DNA of 64,000 nucleotides from positions 16,072,009 to 16,136,008 of the forward strand of contig NC_068990.1 in NCBI RefSeq assembly GCF_001194135.2, read 5' to 3'. Shown here in pieces: positions 11,504 through 23,265 of this stretch (positions are counted from its first letter, which is position 1; the number at the start of each line of letters is the position of its first letter). The notes beneath the pieces were generated by a model. The model had not been told where the DNA came from and did no database searches. It saw nothing but the letters and a program-made list of their open reading frames with translations. Origin of the DNA: Octopus bimaculoides. Its lineage: Eukaryota. The translations under genes were made by a program, and so were the position numbers.

Positions 11504-11722
11504 AAGACCAACCATCTCAAGAACAGTTGTCACCATTGTCTTCCACAATCTCTTCATCTCTCTGGCTTGGTTTTGATATTTCTCAATTTCTTGGTATCCA
11601 CTGTTACCACATGCTATTGCAACATCTATGATCTTACTATTTATTTTTTAGTCCTCTACAATCATATTTGGTCTTTTTGGCCAGTCTCTGTAGTTTGGTC
11701 AGTCTTTGTAGAGAAATCCTAT
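11504..11722 (-). pseudogene. R4/Dong-like non-LTR retrotransposon relic (RLE domain)
   Basis: Minus frames DFSTKTD../WPKRPNMIVED*KINSKIIDVAIACGNSGYQEIEKYQNQAREMKRLWKTMVT fit WDF.IQTD....RPD......IID.A......E.EKY..L..E..RLW. Confidence 0.7.
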
Positions 11723-11755
11723 AAAAATCCTGTAATTGTCACTCACCCTCACAGC

Positions 11756-12181
11756 CAGGGCTGGATTAAGACTCATCGAGGCTATTAAGTACTGAAAAGA
11801 TTTTGGTGCTCCCATAAAAGATTATGTACTTCCAAATATAAACAATAACAAATCATAAAAATAAATTTTTATATTTCAAAATGAAACAAAACAGTAAGAG
11901 AGAAAATAATGTTTATTTTTGTATACTTCTACTTTATTTATATTTGAAAAGTTTCCTCCTACTTTTTTAAATTACAAAATCTTTGATCAGATCCTCAAAA
12001 TTAATCTTAGGTAACGCATCTGCATCTATACTTAGTAGAGATAAAGGCTTCCCAAATATTATCTTAGCAAGTTTAAAGTGATTTCGTTTGTGCTCTAAAC
12101 CATTTACCATTTCTTTGGTGTCCCCCTTCCCTTGATGCCCTAAGCACGTGCTTATTTTGCTGAATGGTTAATCCAGCACTG
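11756..12181. mobile_element. hAT-like MITE (426 bp) with a perfect 8-bp TSD
   Basis: TIRs cagggctggattaa / ttaatccagcactg; TSD ctcacagc at 11748-11755 and 12182-12189. Confidence 0.9.
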
Positions 12182-12372
12182 CTCACAGCCAATGGCTTCT
12201 GTTCATACTACTTTTCTGTCATTTTGAATTTACATACTCAGCTAACATCCTAACGCATTCTTTTATAGAAACAGTCATACTTACATTTATACTCTTTTTG
12301 TGCTAGCTTACTGCATGCAGTTGAGAAATTACTAATACTTTCTCCTTTTCAGCAGATTCTATGTTTACTCTC

Positions 12373-12587
12373 AGGTAGTGAGTTGACAGAATTAGTGATG
12401 AATTGAACAAAATGCTTAATGGCATTTCTTCTGTCTCTTTGCATTCTGAGTTCAAATCCCACTGAGGTCAAGTTTGCCTTTCATACTTTCAGGGTTAATA
12501 AAATAAAGTACCAGTCAAGTACTGGAGTTGTTATAACTGATTATCCTCACCTAAAATTGCTGACTTGGCCAAAAACTTAAAACAATT
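12373..12587 (+). mobile_element. SINE family B
   Basis: ggtagtgagttgacagaattag...ctgagttcaaatcc...gcctttcatactttcaggg. Confidence 0.75.
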
Positions 12588-12948
12588 ATTACCTCCGCCT
12601 TCGCTAAGGCAGAGGTATTGTTTTCAGTTGTGTTTGTTTGTTTGTCCGTGGACAAGATATCTCAAAAACCACTGGATGGATTCAGGTGAAACTTTCAGGG
12701 ATGTTTGGCCTCGTGACTGTCATGAACTGATTAGATTTTGGTATCGATCAGGTACCGGACAAGGATTCTGGATTATTTTTCCTGTTTTCTTTACTTAATT
12801 TTCGAGAGCGGTTGGGTTTGTTTTTAGTATTCTTGTTTGTGAGAACAGTTGAGTTTATTTCAGATACTCTCATTTTAATCGTGGCTAATCATTGAGAGGA
12901 CGTTGGTTTTGCCATGGTGGAGGTTTGCGCTCTGTAAGTGCTCTTGTA
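12588..12948 (+). mobile_element. Helentron-associated non-autonomous element (HINE/DINE-1-like)
   Basis: 5' acctccgcc pairs with subterminal ggtggaggt; 5' hairpin cctccgcctt..aaggcagagg; internal (GTTT)n; 3' hairpin gcgct..agtgc. Confidence 0.6.
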
Positions 12949-13692
12949 AGCAAGAAAAATAAATAATAATGATAACTCCACCTACAATTTTTACAGGGTC
13001 TCATCTTTCCTTTATAAGATATTCTCTAATATTTTAAAAATCTCATCACTTTCTTGAAGATATCCCAAGCTTGACTTGAAATATGAGTTTAGTTATGTTG
13101 TGAAATATATATATATAAAACTTCCTTGGAAAAGGATGCGTGGCTTTCGATCATATAATAATATAAATAATATATAAATATATGCATATATACATACATA
13201 TATGTACAGACCTTCATATATATGTATATATACATGCATATATGGGTACAGGACATCAAAAAGACGTAGACAATGAGAAACGTAAACATAAAAAACAAAA
13301 ACATAGAAAACAAACTTTTTTTCGAACAACAAAAAAAAAACAAAAACAAACAGAGAAACGAGACATGCAACATAAAGAACATTCCCTTCAGTTGTCCCCT
13401 GTTTTATCTACTCCGCGTTTACTGCTTTTATATATAACTTCACATAAAATGAACATTTATACATCCAGACACACACACACACACATTTCTGATTGTTTTA
13501 TGTGATGCTATATATAAAAACATCTTAACATTAAAATGAAGGATTACACAATACCTTTTAGTAGAGTACATTTATGTTAAATTTGCTAGGAAGAAAGATG
13601 AACGTGACTTTGAAGATTCAGTATATACATATATGTATGTATACATATATATACACACACACACACACATATATGTATACATGCATATATAC

Positions 13693-13728
<36 letters not shown>

Positions 13729-13729
13729 G

Positions 13730-14015
13730 TATTTATTTATATTAAGGGCATTAATACACATAAATGCCTCACTCTATGAGGGACTCTTAAAGTTAAAACT
13801 ACCATAGTAAATACAGTGTAAGGAGTTCGCTTCAAGAGTTGCCTTCCCTCGTATTCGGTACACTGTATTTATTATGGTAGTTTTGACTTTAAGAGTCCCT
13901 CATAGGATGAGGCATTAATGCCCTTAATGCCTTTAATGCCTTAAGTCCCTTAATGCCCTTAATGCCTTAAGTCCCTCTTAGCATGAGGTATTAATGCCCT
14001 TAATATAAATAAATA
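13730..14015. mobile_element. Foldback/MITE-like element with long inverted repeats
   Basis: Perfect 28-bp outer inverted repeat; inner arms 13760-13820 and 13859-13918; partial second copy at 15108-15185. Confidence 0.75.
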
Positions 14016-14169
14016 TATTTATAGGGAATAATTATAATTTTTACCCTTTTTGAGGTTTTTTCGCGCTGATTACTTCATAAATTCTTATAAAGATTTTATC
14101 CTATTTTAAAATTATATATATATATATCTACACACACACATAAATACATATGTTTATATATATGTATGT

Positions 14170-14390
14170 ATATATGCATATATATATATGTGTGTGTGTC
14201 TTTGTGTCTGTGCTTGTCCGCCACCACTGCTTGACAACCAGTGTTGGTGTGTTTACATCCTCGTAATCTAGCAGTTTGACAAAAGAGACCAGTAGAATAA
14301 GTACAGGGGTCAAATCATTTGACTGAAAAATTCCTCAAGGTAGTGCCCCAGCATAGCCACAATCTAATGACTGAAACAAATAAAAGAATG
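14170..14390 (+). mobile_element. SINE family A, 3' half
   Basis: ccaccactgcttgacaacc...cccagcatagccac...aatgactgaaac. Confidence 0.75.
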
Positions 14391-14561
14391 TATATATACA
14401 TATGCGCGCACGCGCACACACATGTACGCACGCATGCACGCACGCAGAGCTTGCAGAAAATGTTGGATGCCAAGTTAAAGACCTAGAAATACTAATGAAA
14501 GATTGGTAGGGTTGGAGAGAGGTAGTCAGGCAATCAGCCTGACTGGATGATGCCTTGATAA

Positions 14562-14593
<32 letters not shown>

Positions 14594-15504
14594 NNNNNNN
14601 NNNNNNNNNNNNNNNNNNNNNNNNNNNNNNNNNNNNNNNNNNNNNNNNNNNNNNNNNNNNNNNNNNNNNNNNNNNNNNNNNNNNNNNNNNNNNNNNNNNN
14701 NNNNNNNNNNNNNNNNNNNNNNNNNNNNNNNNNNNNNNNNNNNNNNNNNNNNNNNNNNNNNNNNNNNNNNNNNNNNNNNNNNNNNNNNNNNNNNNNNNNN
14801 NNNNNNNNNNNNNNNNNNNNNNNNNNNNNNNNNNNNNNNNNNNNNNNNNNNNNNNNNNNNNNNNNNNNNNNNNNNNNNNNNNNNNNNNNNNNNNNNNNNN
14901 NNNNNNNNNNNNNNNNNNNNNNNNNNNNNNNNNNNNNNNNNNNNNNNNNNNNNNNNNNNNNNNNNNNNNNNNNNNNNNNNNNNNNNNNNNNNNNNNNNNN
15001 NNNNNNNNNNNNNNNNNNNNNNNNNNNNNNNNNNNNNNNNNNNNNNNNNNNNNNNNNNNNNNNNNNNNNNNNNNATATATATATATATATATATAAACAT
15101 ATATATATTTATATAAGGGCATTACTATACAATAATGCCTCACGCTATGAGGGACACCAAGGTCAGACTACCATAAAAAACACATTTTTTCATGCTAGCT
15201 ACTTCGTAAATTCTTGTAAAAGAATTTGTCCTATTATTGAATTTATATATACATATATACATGCATACATATATATGTATGTATATATGCATGTATGTAT
15301 AATGATATATATGCATGTGTGTGAGTTTAATATGAAAATCAAGGTTATGTTAAAGTTCTGACACCTGATATTACAATAATCCACTCCACAATATTTTTTA
15401 TTTTACTCTAAGTTCTCAGACACTTGTTTTCTTTCTGTTGCTTTTATTATTAACATTTAGACCGAGTCCTCTTCTAGAACTTCTGGTAAACTGTGTAACA
15501 TTGC

Positions 15505-15770
15505 ATATCTCAGTAGTAGTCAGCATGTATTTCTTCTGACCATCCATCTTAATATCTATTTTCAAAGATAAAAATATTCTTGGTGAAATTTTTCACTTGG
15601 CTCATTAGATAAGTCAGCAGGCATTCTATGGAAGGAAACAAAAACTGAAAATGAGAATGCAGAAAGTGATCTGTTAGTGATATTTCTCAACCCAAGAACT
15701 GATACTTTTGAAGCAAATTGTATACACTTTGTTCATAGTCATCTGCACAATTTCACCCAAAAAGAACTGG
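15505..15770 (-). pseudogene. Chapaev3 (CMC)-like transposase C-terminal relic
   Basis: Minus frames FLG..ADDYEQSVYNLLQKYQFLG*EISLTDHFLHSH../ADLSNEPSEKFHQE../ENRY*DGWSEEIHADYY match the widespread motif FLGNHK.ENY...LL.AY..LGCNMSLKIHFLHSHLDFFP.NLG.VSDE.GERFHQDI..ME.RYQG.W...M.ADYCW. The superfamily name is from recall. Confidence 0.7.
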
Positions 15771-15829
15771 TATTTCACCACCATCACCACCACCTCCACC
15801 GCCATTCCTGATAATATTTAATTACTCTT

Positions 15830-16036
15830 TTTTACTCTTTTACTTGTTTCAGTCATTTGACTGCAGCCATGCTGGAGCAGTGCCTTTAGTCGAGCAAATC
15901 GGTCCCAGGACTTATTCTTTTTAAGCCTAGTACTTATTCTGTTGGTCTCTTTTGCCAAACTGTTAAGTTACGGGGACGTAAACACACCAGTATCAGTTGT
16001 CAAGCGATGTTGGGCGGGACAAACACAGACGCACAA

Positions 16037-16081
<45 letters not shown>

Positions 16082-16106
16082 ACACCACACACATACACAC
16101 ACACAG

Positions 16107-16137
<31 letters not shown>

Positions 16138-16305
16138 TATATACGATAGACTTCTTTCAGTTTCCGTCTACCAAACCCACTCACAAGGCTTTGGTTGGCC
16201 TGAGACTATAGTAGAAGATATTTGCCCAAGGTGTCAGGCAGTGGGACTGAACTCGGAACCATGTGGCTGGTAAGCAAGCAACTTACCACACAGCCACTCC
16301 TGCAC
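15830..16305 (-). mobile_element. SINE family A, full length, young
   Basis: Complete head ggtgcaggagtggctgtgtggtaag and complete tail; several CpGs retained. Confidence 0.9.
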
Positions 16306-16439
16306 CTATAAAATTATAAAAATTTTGTAAACATCACATGGCCAAGTAAAATAGGAACCTAAGTGGTCCATAGGTAAAATCTATAGGTAAAATATAGTTG
16401 TGAACCACTGGGTTACAATATGAGAGTAAGGATCAAAGC

Positions 16440-16680
16440 AGAACTGATTCCTTGCTGTAGAGGGGCCAGATGGATACCTCACATTTTAGAAGAAAGGCTG
16501 GTGTGATTGGCATGGGTGAGGCAGGAAGAGGAAGTATAATGAAAATAGTGGTGTTGAGGCATCTATGTGGAACCTCAAGTGAATGGGGACAGAAGTGGGT
16601 AGGTGGAGGTTGCAAGAGTGTATGGGAGAGTAAGAGATGGGGAACGAGTGGGTGGGTGGAGATGATTATAATAAATGAAT
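16440..16680 (-). mobile_element. Fragment of the purine/pyrimidine-skewed LINE-like 3' region
   Basis: Aligns by eye with 52490-52680 and 9700-9900. Confidence 0.5.
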
Positions 16681-16846
16681 ATAATTCTTTCAAATTTTGG
16701 GACAAGGTCAGTAATTTTGAGGGGAGGGTTGATAACATTGATCCCAGTGTTCTACTGATAATTATTTTATTAACATCTTAATTTATGATACCAAAAAACA
16801 GTTGGAAATTTAGTGTGAAGAAAAAAGAAAGCTGGCAAATTCTTAC

Positions 16847-17024
16847 CTAGAACCCAAGTGAAACTGTTTGGAAACATTAGATGTAGTGAGGAAAGATAAC
16901 TTTTTCTTTGGTTTCCAAAGAAGGATATTTAATAGTCTAATGACCAGGTTCCGTGGCTTGTCTTTGAGGCAAATCTTTACAAATTCAGGAATCAGAAGAA
17001 ATGGTAGCATATTGTGTAACCTAG
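16847..17024 (-). other. Candidate exon (178 nt, phase 1 to 2)
   Basis: Donor TAG|gtaaga, acceptor ttgttatcttag; one open frame RLHNMLPFLLIPEF...HLGS; no recognised homology. Confidence 0.15.
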
Positions 17025-17578
17025 CTAAGATAACAACAATTTTTAAAATTCTCTCAGATATACCTGTTAGCATTGGTTATACCATATATAGTTTTAAAAT
17101 TTTGGCACAAGGTCAGAAATTTCGAGGAAGGGGTTTTAATGTACTCCAGTGCTTAACTGGTGCTTATTTTCTCAACTCTGAAAGGATGAAAGGCAATATT
17201 AATGATAGGGAATTAATTAGATGATATTCTGGATCTGGAAGTAAAGTAAGAAGGCTTTCATTACTATTTCTGACATTTGGGTCATTGGTTAGTGGTAGAA
17301 CCTAGCTACACGGAAGGGAAAACTCTTCTGTACAAGAAATGTTGGTTCCATCTTTAACTAGCAATACTTAACAATTTTGAATGAATTTCCTTGGTAAAAG
17401 TGTTTAAATGCAGAGTATGCCCCTTGGTCTATCTCTGTCTGTCTGACTATCGGTCTCTGTTTTTATTTATCTGTCTATGTATCTGCCTGTCAGTCTATCT
17501 CTGTGAGTGGTTGTCTGTCTGTCTTACTGTCTATATGCCTGTCTATACACTCATATATATATATATATATATATTTAT

Positions 17579-17616
<38 letters not shown>

Positions 17617-18199
17617 GTACACACACACTACATTTGCTCAAATCAGGATATAGAGTTTAAAAATATTCCATCCAATAACTTTCTAACATTAATAATTTAA
17701 TTTAAAGACAAGAAACTGATACAATGTTTATTTTTTGTGTATATTCCTATATCTTTTTATATTTCTTATATTACTATTCAACTTTTTTTTATTTTCATTC
17801 CTATTATTTGTTTATTTGTTTTTGTTTTTTTGAGCTATTAATTTTCATATGGGAAGATATTTTCTTGTAAGATTTTTTTTGAAAATGGGTAAAAGAAGAG
17901 AAAATGTTTCGAACCGAAAGAAAAAGAAGAAATAAGGATTAAATGATCATATTTAGTAATTTAATCTCTCTTAATTATGAACAAACTTGAAAATAAGACT
18001 TCTTATGGTGATTATTTTTGTTAATGTATATCAGAGAGCAGTGTGAGAAAAACCATTTTTTTGTATGTGTGTAGAGTATGTACGTGTGTGTGTGTATTAG
18101 TATGTGTCTCTTAAACTGATTGAAATAAATATCAGAGTTTTTTATGGTATTATAAAAAGTTGTTAACCTAACGGTTGTTTAATATTGATATTATGATAT

Positions 18200-18449
18200 A
18201 CCAATGTTGTTGTTACTGTGGTTGATGATTGTTAGTGATGGGGGAGATGGTGGTAATGGTGTGATGTTGTCATTCTTGGAGTTGGTGGTGGTGGTAGTAG
18301 TGGCAATGGTGTTGTTATTGTCAGTCTTGGTGGTGATGAGGTTGTTATTCTTGATAGCGGTGGTGATGCTGCTGGTAGTGGTAGTGGTGCAGTGATGTTC
18401 GTGTCTTTGGTGATGGTGTTGGTGTTGTTGGTGTTGTTGATGTTGTTTG

Positions 18450-18483
<34 letters not shown>

Positions 18484-18490
18484 AGTGATG
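18200..18490. repeat. Compound GGT/GTT/GAT trinucleotide tract
   Basis: Direct reading. Confidence 0.9.
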
Positions 18491-18682
18491 TCTTTTCTTC
18501 TATTTTTGTTGCTTTGTCTGTATGTGAAACGTCTCTAATTGGTATCCGTTTATTTGTTTGCTTGATTATATGTTTGTGTGTGTGTATGTGTGTGCGCGCG
18601 TGTGTGCCTGTGTGTGTATACATGTGTGAACACGTGTTTGCATGTGCATATTTGATATTTTTATGTGTATTCACATGCATCT

Positions 18683-18715
<33 letters not shown>

Positions 18716-18843
18716 NNNNNNNNNNNNNNNNNNNNNNNNNNNNNNNNNNNNNNNNNNNNNNNNNNNNNNNNNNNNNNNNNNNNNNNNNNNNNNNNNNNNN
18801 NNNNNNNNNNNNNNNNNNNNNNNNNNNNNNNNNNNNNNNNNNN

Positions 18844-18876
<33 letters not shown>

Positions 18877-19236
18877 TAGATGCAGTATGGTTGAATGGTT
18901 GAGAAACTCATATTTCATAATCTCACAGGATCCAATAATAATGATAATTACAATAACAGCAATAATTATTATAATAACTGTAACAAAACAATATAATCAA
19001 CCATACTCTTTTTCCAAGATTTATGACCTTGTACCAGTGCTAGGCCTTAGATTATTTCACTTGGGAAGACCCAATTTACACACACACACACACATTTATA
19101 TACACACACGTCTTGGTTGTAGGACCACAAGATTTTCAGGCCTTAGGCTTCAGCCTGCTCAGACAATAGATATTTCTGGCACAACCCTGTTCCCTTAGTA
19201 TAAATCATCACTGCATTTAGTACTGGCCCTGAAAAG

Positions 19237-19272
<36 letters not shown>

Positions 19273-19282
19273 NNNNNNNNNN

Positions 19283-19318
<36 letters not shown>

Positions 19319-19490
19319 TGAGAGACACACCTAGACATTACATACATACATATATATATATAATGGACTCTTCCGTTGTTAGACAATTTCTTACCAAACA
19401 ACCACACAAATGATTTATTTATAGTGATCAAATGTTTGTGTAGACATAAGTTCACTTCCTTCATCAGATTGACATTACCTGCATAAGTGC

Positions 19491-19794
19491 AATGGGTGCC
19501 ATATGTCAGCTGTTGAAATGATCACAGAGCAATGTGAAATGAAGTGTTTTGCTCAAGAACACAACACAATGCTTGGTCTGAGAATCAAACACATGATCTC
19601 GCAATCGTGAGCGCAACACCCTAACCACTATATGTATAGTGAAGGTGCATGGCTTAGTGGTTAGTGTGTTGCACTCATGATTGCGAGATCATGTATTTGA
19701 TTCTAAGACCAGGCATTGTGTTGTGTTCTTGAGCTAAACACTTCATTTCACGTTACTCTGTGATCATTTCAACAGCTGACATGTGGCACCCATT
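19491..19794. mobile_element. Head-to-head inverted pair of SINE-C copies (140-bp arms, 24-bp spacer)
   Basis: 19491-19630 is the reverse complement of 19655-19794 with few mismatches. Confidence 0.9.
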
Positions 19795-20434
19795 ATATAT
19801 ATATATATNNNNNNNNNNNNNNNNNNNNNNNNNNNNNNNNNNNNNNNNNNNNNNNNNNNNNNNNNNNNNNNNNNNNNNNNNNNNNNNNNNNNNNNNNNNN
19901 NNNNNNNNNNNNNNNNNNNNNNNNNNNNNNNNNNNNNNNNNNNNNNNNNNNNNNNNNNNNNNNNNNNNNNNNNNNNNNNNNNNNNNNNNNNNNNNNNNNN
20001 NNNNNNNNNNNNNNNNNNNNNNNNNNNNNNNNNNNNNNNNNNNNNNNNNNNNNNNNNNNNNNNNNNNNNNNNNNNNNNNNNNNNNNNNNNNNNNNNNNNN
20101 NNNNNNNNNNNNNNNNNNNNNNNNNNNNNNNNNNNNNNNNNNNNNNNNNNNNNNNNNNNNNNNNNNNNNNNNNNNNNNNNNNNNNNNNNNNNNNNNNNNN
20201 NNNNNNNNNNNNNNNNNNNNNNNNNNNNNNNNNNNNNNNNNNNNNNNNNNNNNNNNNNNNNNNNNNNNNNNNNNNNNNNNNNNNNNNNNNNNNNNNNNNN
20301 NNNNNNNNTATAATGACTTGATTGATAAATGATGAGGAGTGTGCATGTCCATGTCTTTTGTGTGTTTTTTCCTACTTTCTGTATGTTCCTTTGTTGTCCT
20401 GTGCATCATTTTACTGTACACACACACACACACG

Positions 20435-20485
<51 letters not shown>

Positions 20486-21028
20486 TATTTTACAAATAAT
20501 ACATATAATGTTATAACTCTTTCTAGTGTTGTTACTGTTGTTTTGGGAATGTGTATGACTTTTTTCCTTTTTTTAAATATATTTTTATCTATAAATGCCT
20601 CCCTGTTTTTAGTGTTCATATTATTGTTGTTTAGTGTTGTTTAATCATTACTATTTTATTTCTCTTTTTTTTTTTTCATTTCCTTTTTCTATTTTGTTCA
20701 AATATATTTTTATATATATTTATGTGACTTTTCATGCAAAGTTTTGAGAAATTCTTCAAGTTTGAAATCTTAACTTTTTTGCTGTTTGCTTACCACCTTC
20801 TCCTCCTCCTCATTCTCCTTCTACTCCTGCTCTTCTTCATTGCGGTCTTCTTCCATTCTGTTCCCCCCCTCCCGTTTCTCCACCTCCATCATCTGACATA
20901 AACTGTTGCCATTTTCTTCAGCGCTTTATATTCCCCAACAGAATGACTCGATTATTGATTTATTTGATTCCCGTCTAGAAAAAAAGTTGGCCAACTATTT
21001 TTTCTTATGTTATTTTATTTTTCTCCAG

Positions 21029-21050
21029 ATGTTGTAAACAAACCATTTTG
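21029..21050 (+). other. Candidate 22-nt microexon
   Basis: ttattttatttttctccag|atgttgtaaacaaaccattttg|gtaaga. Confidence 0.25.
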
Positions 21051-21074
21051 GTAAGATTGTCAAGGAAAGATTAA

Positions 21075-21125
21075 TACAACAAAAAAACAAAACAAACCCC
21101 AAAAGACATTAGTAGTAGTAGTATC

Positions 21126-21156
<31 letters not shown>

Positions 21157-21511
21157 ACTGCAACAACAATGACAACAACAGCAGAAATAAAAGAAGCAAC
21201 AAAAACAAAAAAATAATAATAACAACAACAACAACAATAATTACTATAATAATAATAAATAATAATGATAATGATAATAATAATAATAAGTTATATGTAA
21301 TTACAACAATTCCTGGTACTACAGCCATAAAAGACATGGAACTACGACAACAACAGCACCAAGCAATGAAGAAGCATAACAGCATTAACAATAACAATGG
21401 CAATAATAATGGATAACAGACTGGGAAAGTTTAAGGGGAGGGGTAGAGATAATACACAGAATAAAATTGTAGGAAAATAAGGGTGACGTCAGAGGGCTGG
21501 GATAATATCAA

Positions 21512-21546
<35 letters not shown>

Positions 21547-21642
21547 ACAAGAACAACACAACAACAACAGCATCATTCAAAATAACGAGAATAATAAGAC
21601 CAATAATAACAGCAACAGCAACAACAACAATGATAATAATAA

Positions 21643-21683
<41 letters not shown>

Positions 21684-21690
21684 GCAAAAA
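21075..21690. repeat. Compound AGT/AAC/AAT/ACT trinucleotide tracts
   Basis: Direct reading. Confidence 0.9.
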
Positions 21691-22239
21691 ATCAATTTAA
21701 TGATATGGGCTATAGTACAGAAAGTGAAATGCACTCAGTAACCCCGAGTTATTTGAATAGAAACGAACTGTCTGTTTGTTCATGGATGCATTTCCTCCGG
21801 AGGCGGCATATACTCTTACAGAACACGGAATTGTGTGTCGATAGACGGGCTGGTTCATTGAAGAAAATAAAAAAACTATTTTTGAATGGATACACATTTC
21901 AATAAATGAATAAATAAATAGATAAATAAAGATGCAAATGTACAACTAAATAAATATTAGGTAAATTAAATGTATTTTATTGATATATATATATATATAT
22001 ATAGTTTTCTTTTGTTGATGTTGTTGTGTGTTTGATAATTTTTTTTTTCTTTCTTTTTTTTTTTTTTCTGAAACACAAATATTTGCAGGTTGGATGAAAT
22101 AAATAAATATGTTTAAAAAATATTTTTAAAAAACCCCAAAAATAAATAAATTTAAAAAAAATTTTACAAAAGAGTATGAATAATTTCAAAAAAAGCAAGT
22201 CAAGGTTTAACACAAAATACGGTTTATGACCCATTGTGG

Positions 22240-22550
22240 CATTGTTGTCATTGTTATCATCATTATCGTCACTTTCACCATCACAATCATCAACTTTACC
22301 ATCGTTATCATCATCCTCATCACCTTCACCATTGTTGTTGTCATCATCATCCTATTCTTCCTCATAATCATCATTGTTATCATCATCACCATTATCATCA
22401 TCCTCATAATCACCATCACTACTACCATCATTGTTGTCATCCTCATCATCACCATCATTATCATCATCACCGCCATAAATGTTATCATCATCATCATCAT
22501 CATCATTTTTATCATCAACATTATCATTGTTGTCATCATCATCATCATTC
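22240..22550. repeat. Degenerate (CAT)n tract
   Basis: Direct reading; explains the His-, Ile- and Met-rich ORFs. Confidence 0.9.
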
Positions 22551-22961
22551 TAATGTCTGTTTTTCCATGCTTGTTTGGGGCAGACTTTTGTTTGTTGAGG
22601 CAGGTTTTCTATAGCTGGAGGCTCATTTTGTCATCAATCCTTCCCTCTTTCTAGGTTAGGTAATATTTGAAAAGTTAGGTAATAAATGAAAAGTACAATA
22701 TCTGGACATGTTTTTGTAGAAGATTTTTGATAAAAGACAACACTGATACAAAGGTGGTTTTTATTTACAGTTAGCATGCAATGTCAAGACAAGGAGACAT
22801 GAATACATGCACCCGTTCATATAAATATACATGCATACATACACACAAGCTCATACATACATATATACATATATGTGCTTGTGTGTATGTATATATGTAT
22901 ATGTGAATATATAAGTTTATATATATATATATATATATATTTGTATATGTATATATTTATT

Positions 22962-23001
<40 letters not shown>

Positions 23002-23003
<2 letters not shown>

Positions 23004-23265
23004 GAGGCACAATGGCCCAGTGGTTAGGGCAGTGGACTCGTGGTCGGAGGATAGTGGTTTCGATTCCCAGACCGAGCGTTGTGTGTGTTTATTGAGCGAA
23101 AACACCTAAAGCTCCACGAGGCTCTGACAGGGGGTGGTGGTGACCCCTGTTGTACGCTTTCACCCCGACTTTCTCTCACTCTTTCTTCCTGTTTCTTGAG
23201 TAACACTGCGATGGACTGGTGTCCTGTCCAGCTGGGGGAACACATACGCCATAGAAACTGGGAAA
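23002..23265 (+). mobile_element. tRNA-headed SINE (C-related subfamily), well-preserved head
   Basis: A-box tggcccagtgg, B-box gtttcgattcc, then ttattgagcgaaaacacctaaagctccacgagg. Confidence 0.85.

Noticed and set aside
14526-15361. Long ORFs of 180-320 aa, here and at 19753-20481, 23079-24030 and 61467-62422
   Set aside because: They run through N gaps and (TA)n tracts.
20793-20974. Minus-strand exon candidate with a GTG|gtaagc donor
   Set aside because: Stops in all frames; purine-rich low complexity explains it.
21075-21414. Ser/Asn/Gln-rich open frame (..KDMELRQQQHQAMKKHNSINNNNG*)
   Set aside because: Compound microsatellite with no upstream start codon or splice sites.
22207-22654. 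His-rich, Ile-rich and Met-rich ORFs
   Set aside because: All are frames of one degenerate (CAT)n tract.
23002-23075. tRNA gene
   Set aside because: A/B boxes are present but it continues into SINE body sequence; no complete cloverleaf or terminator.
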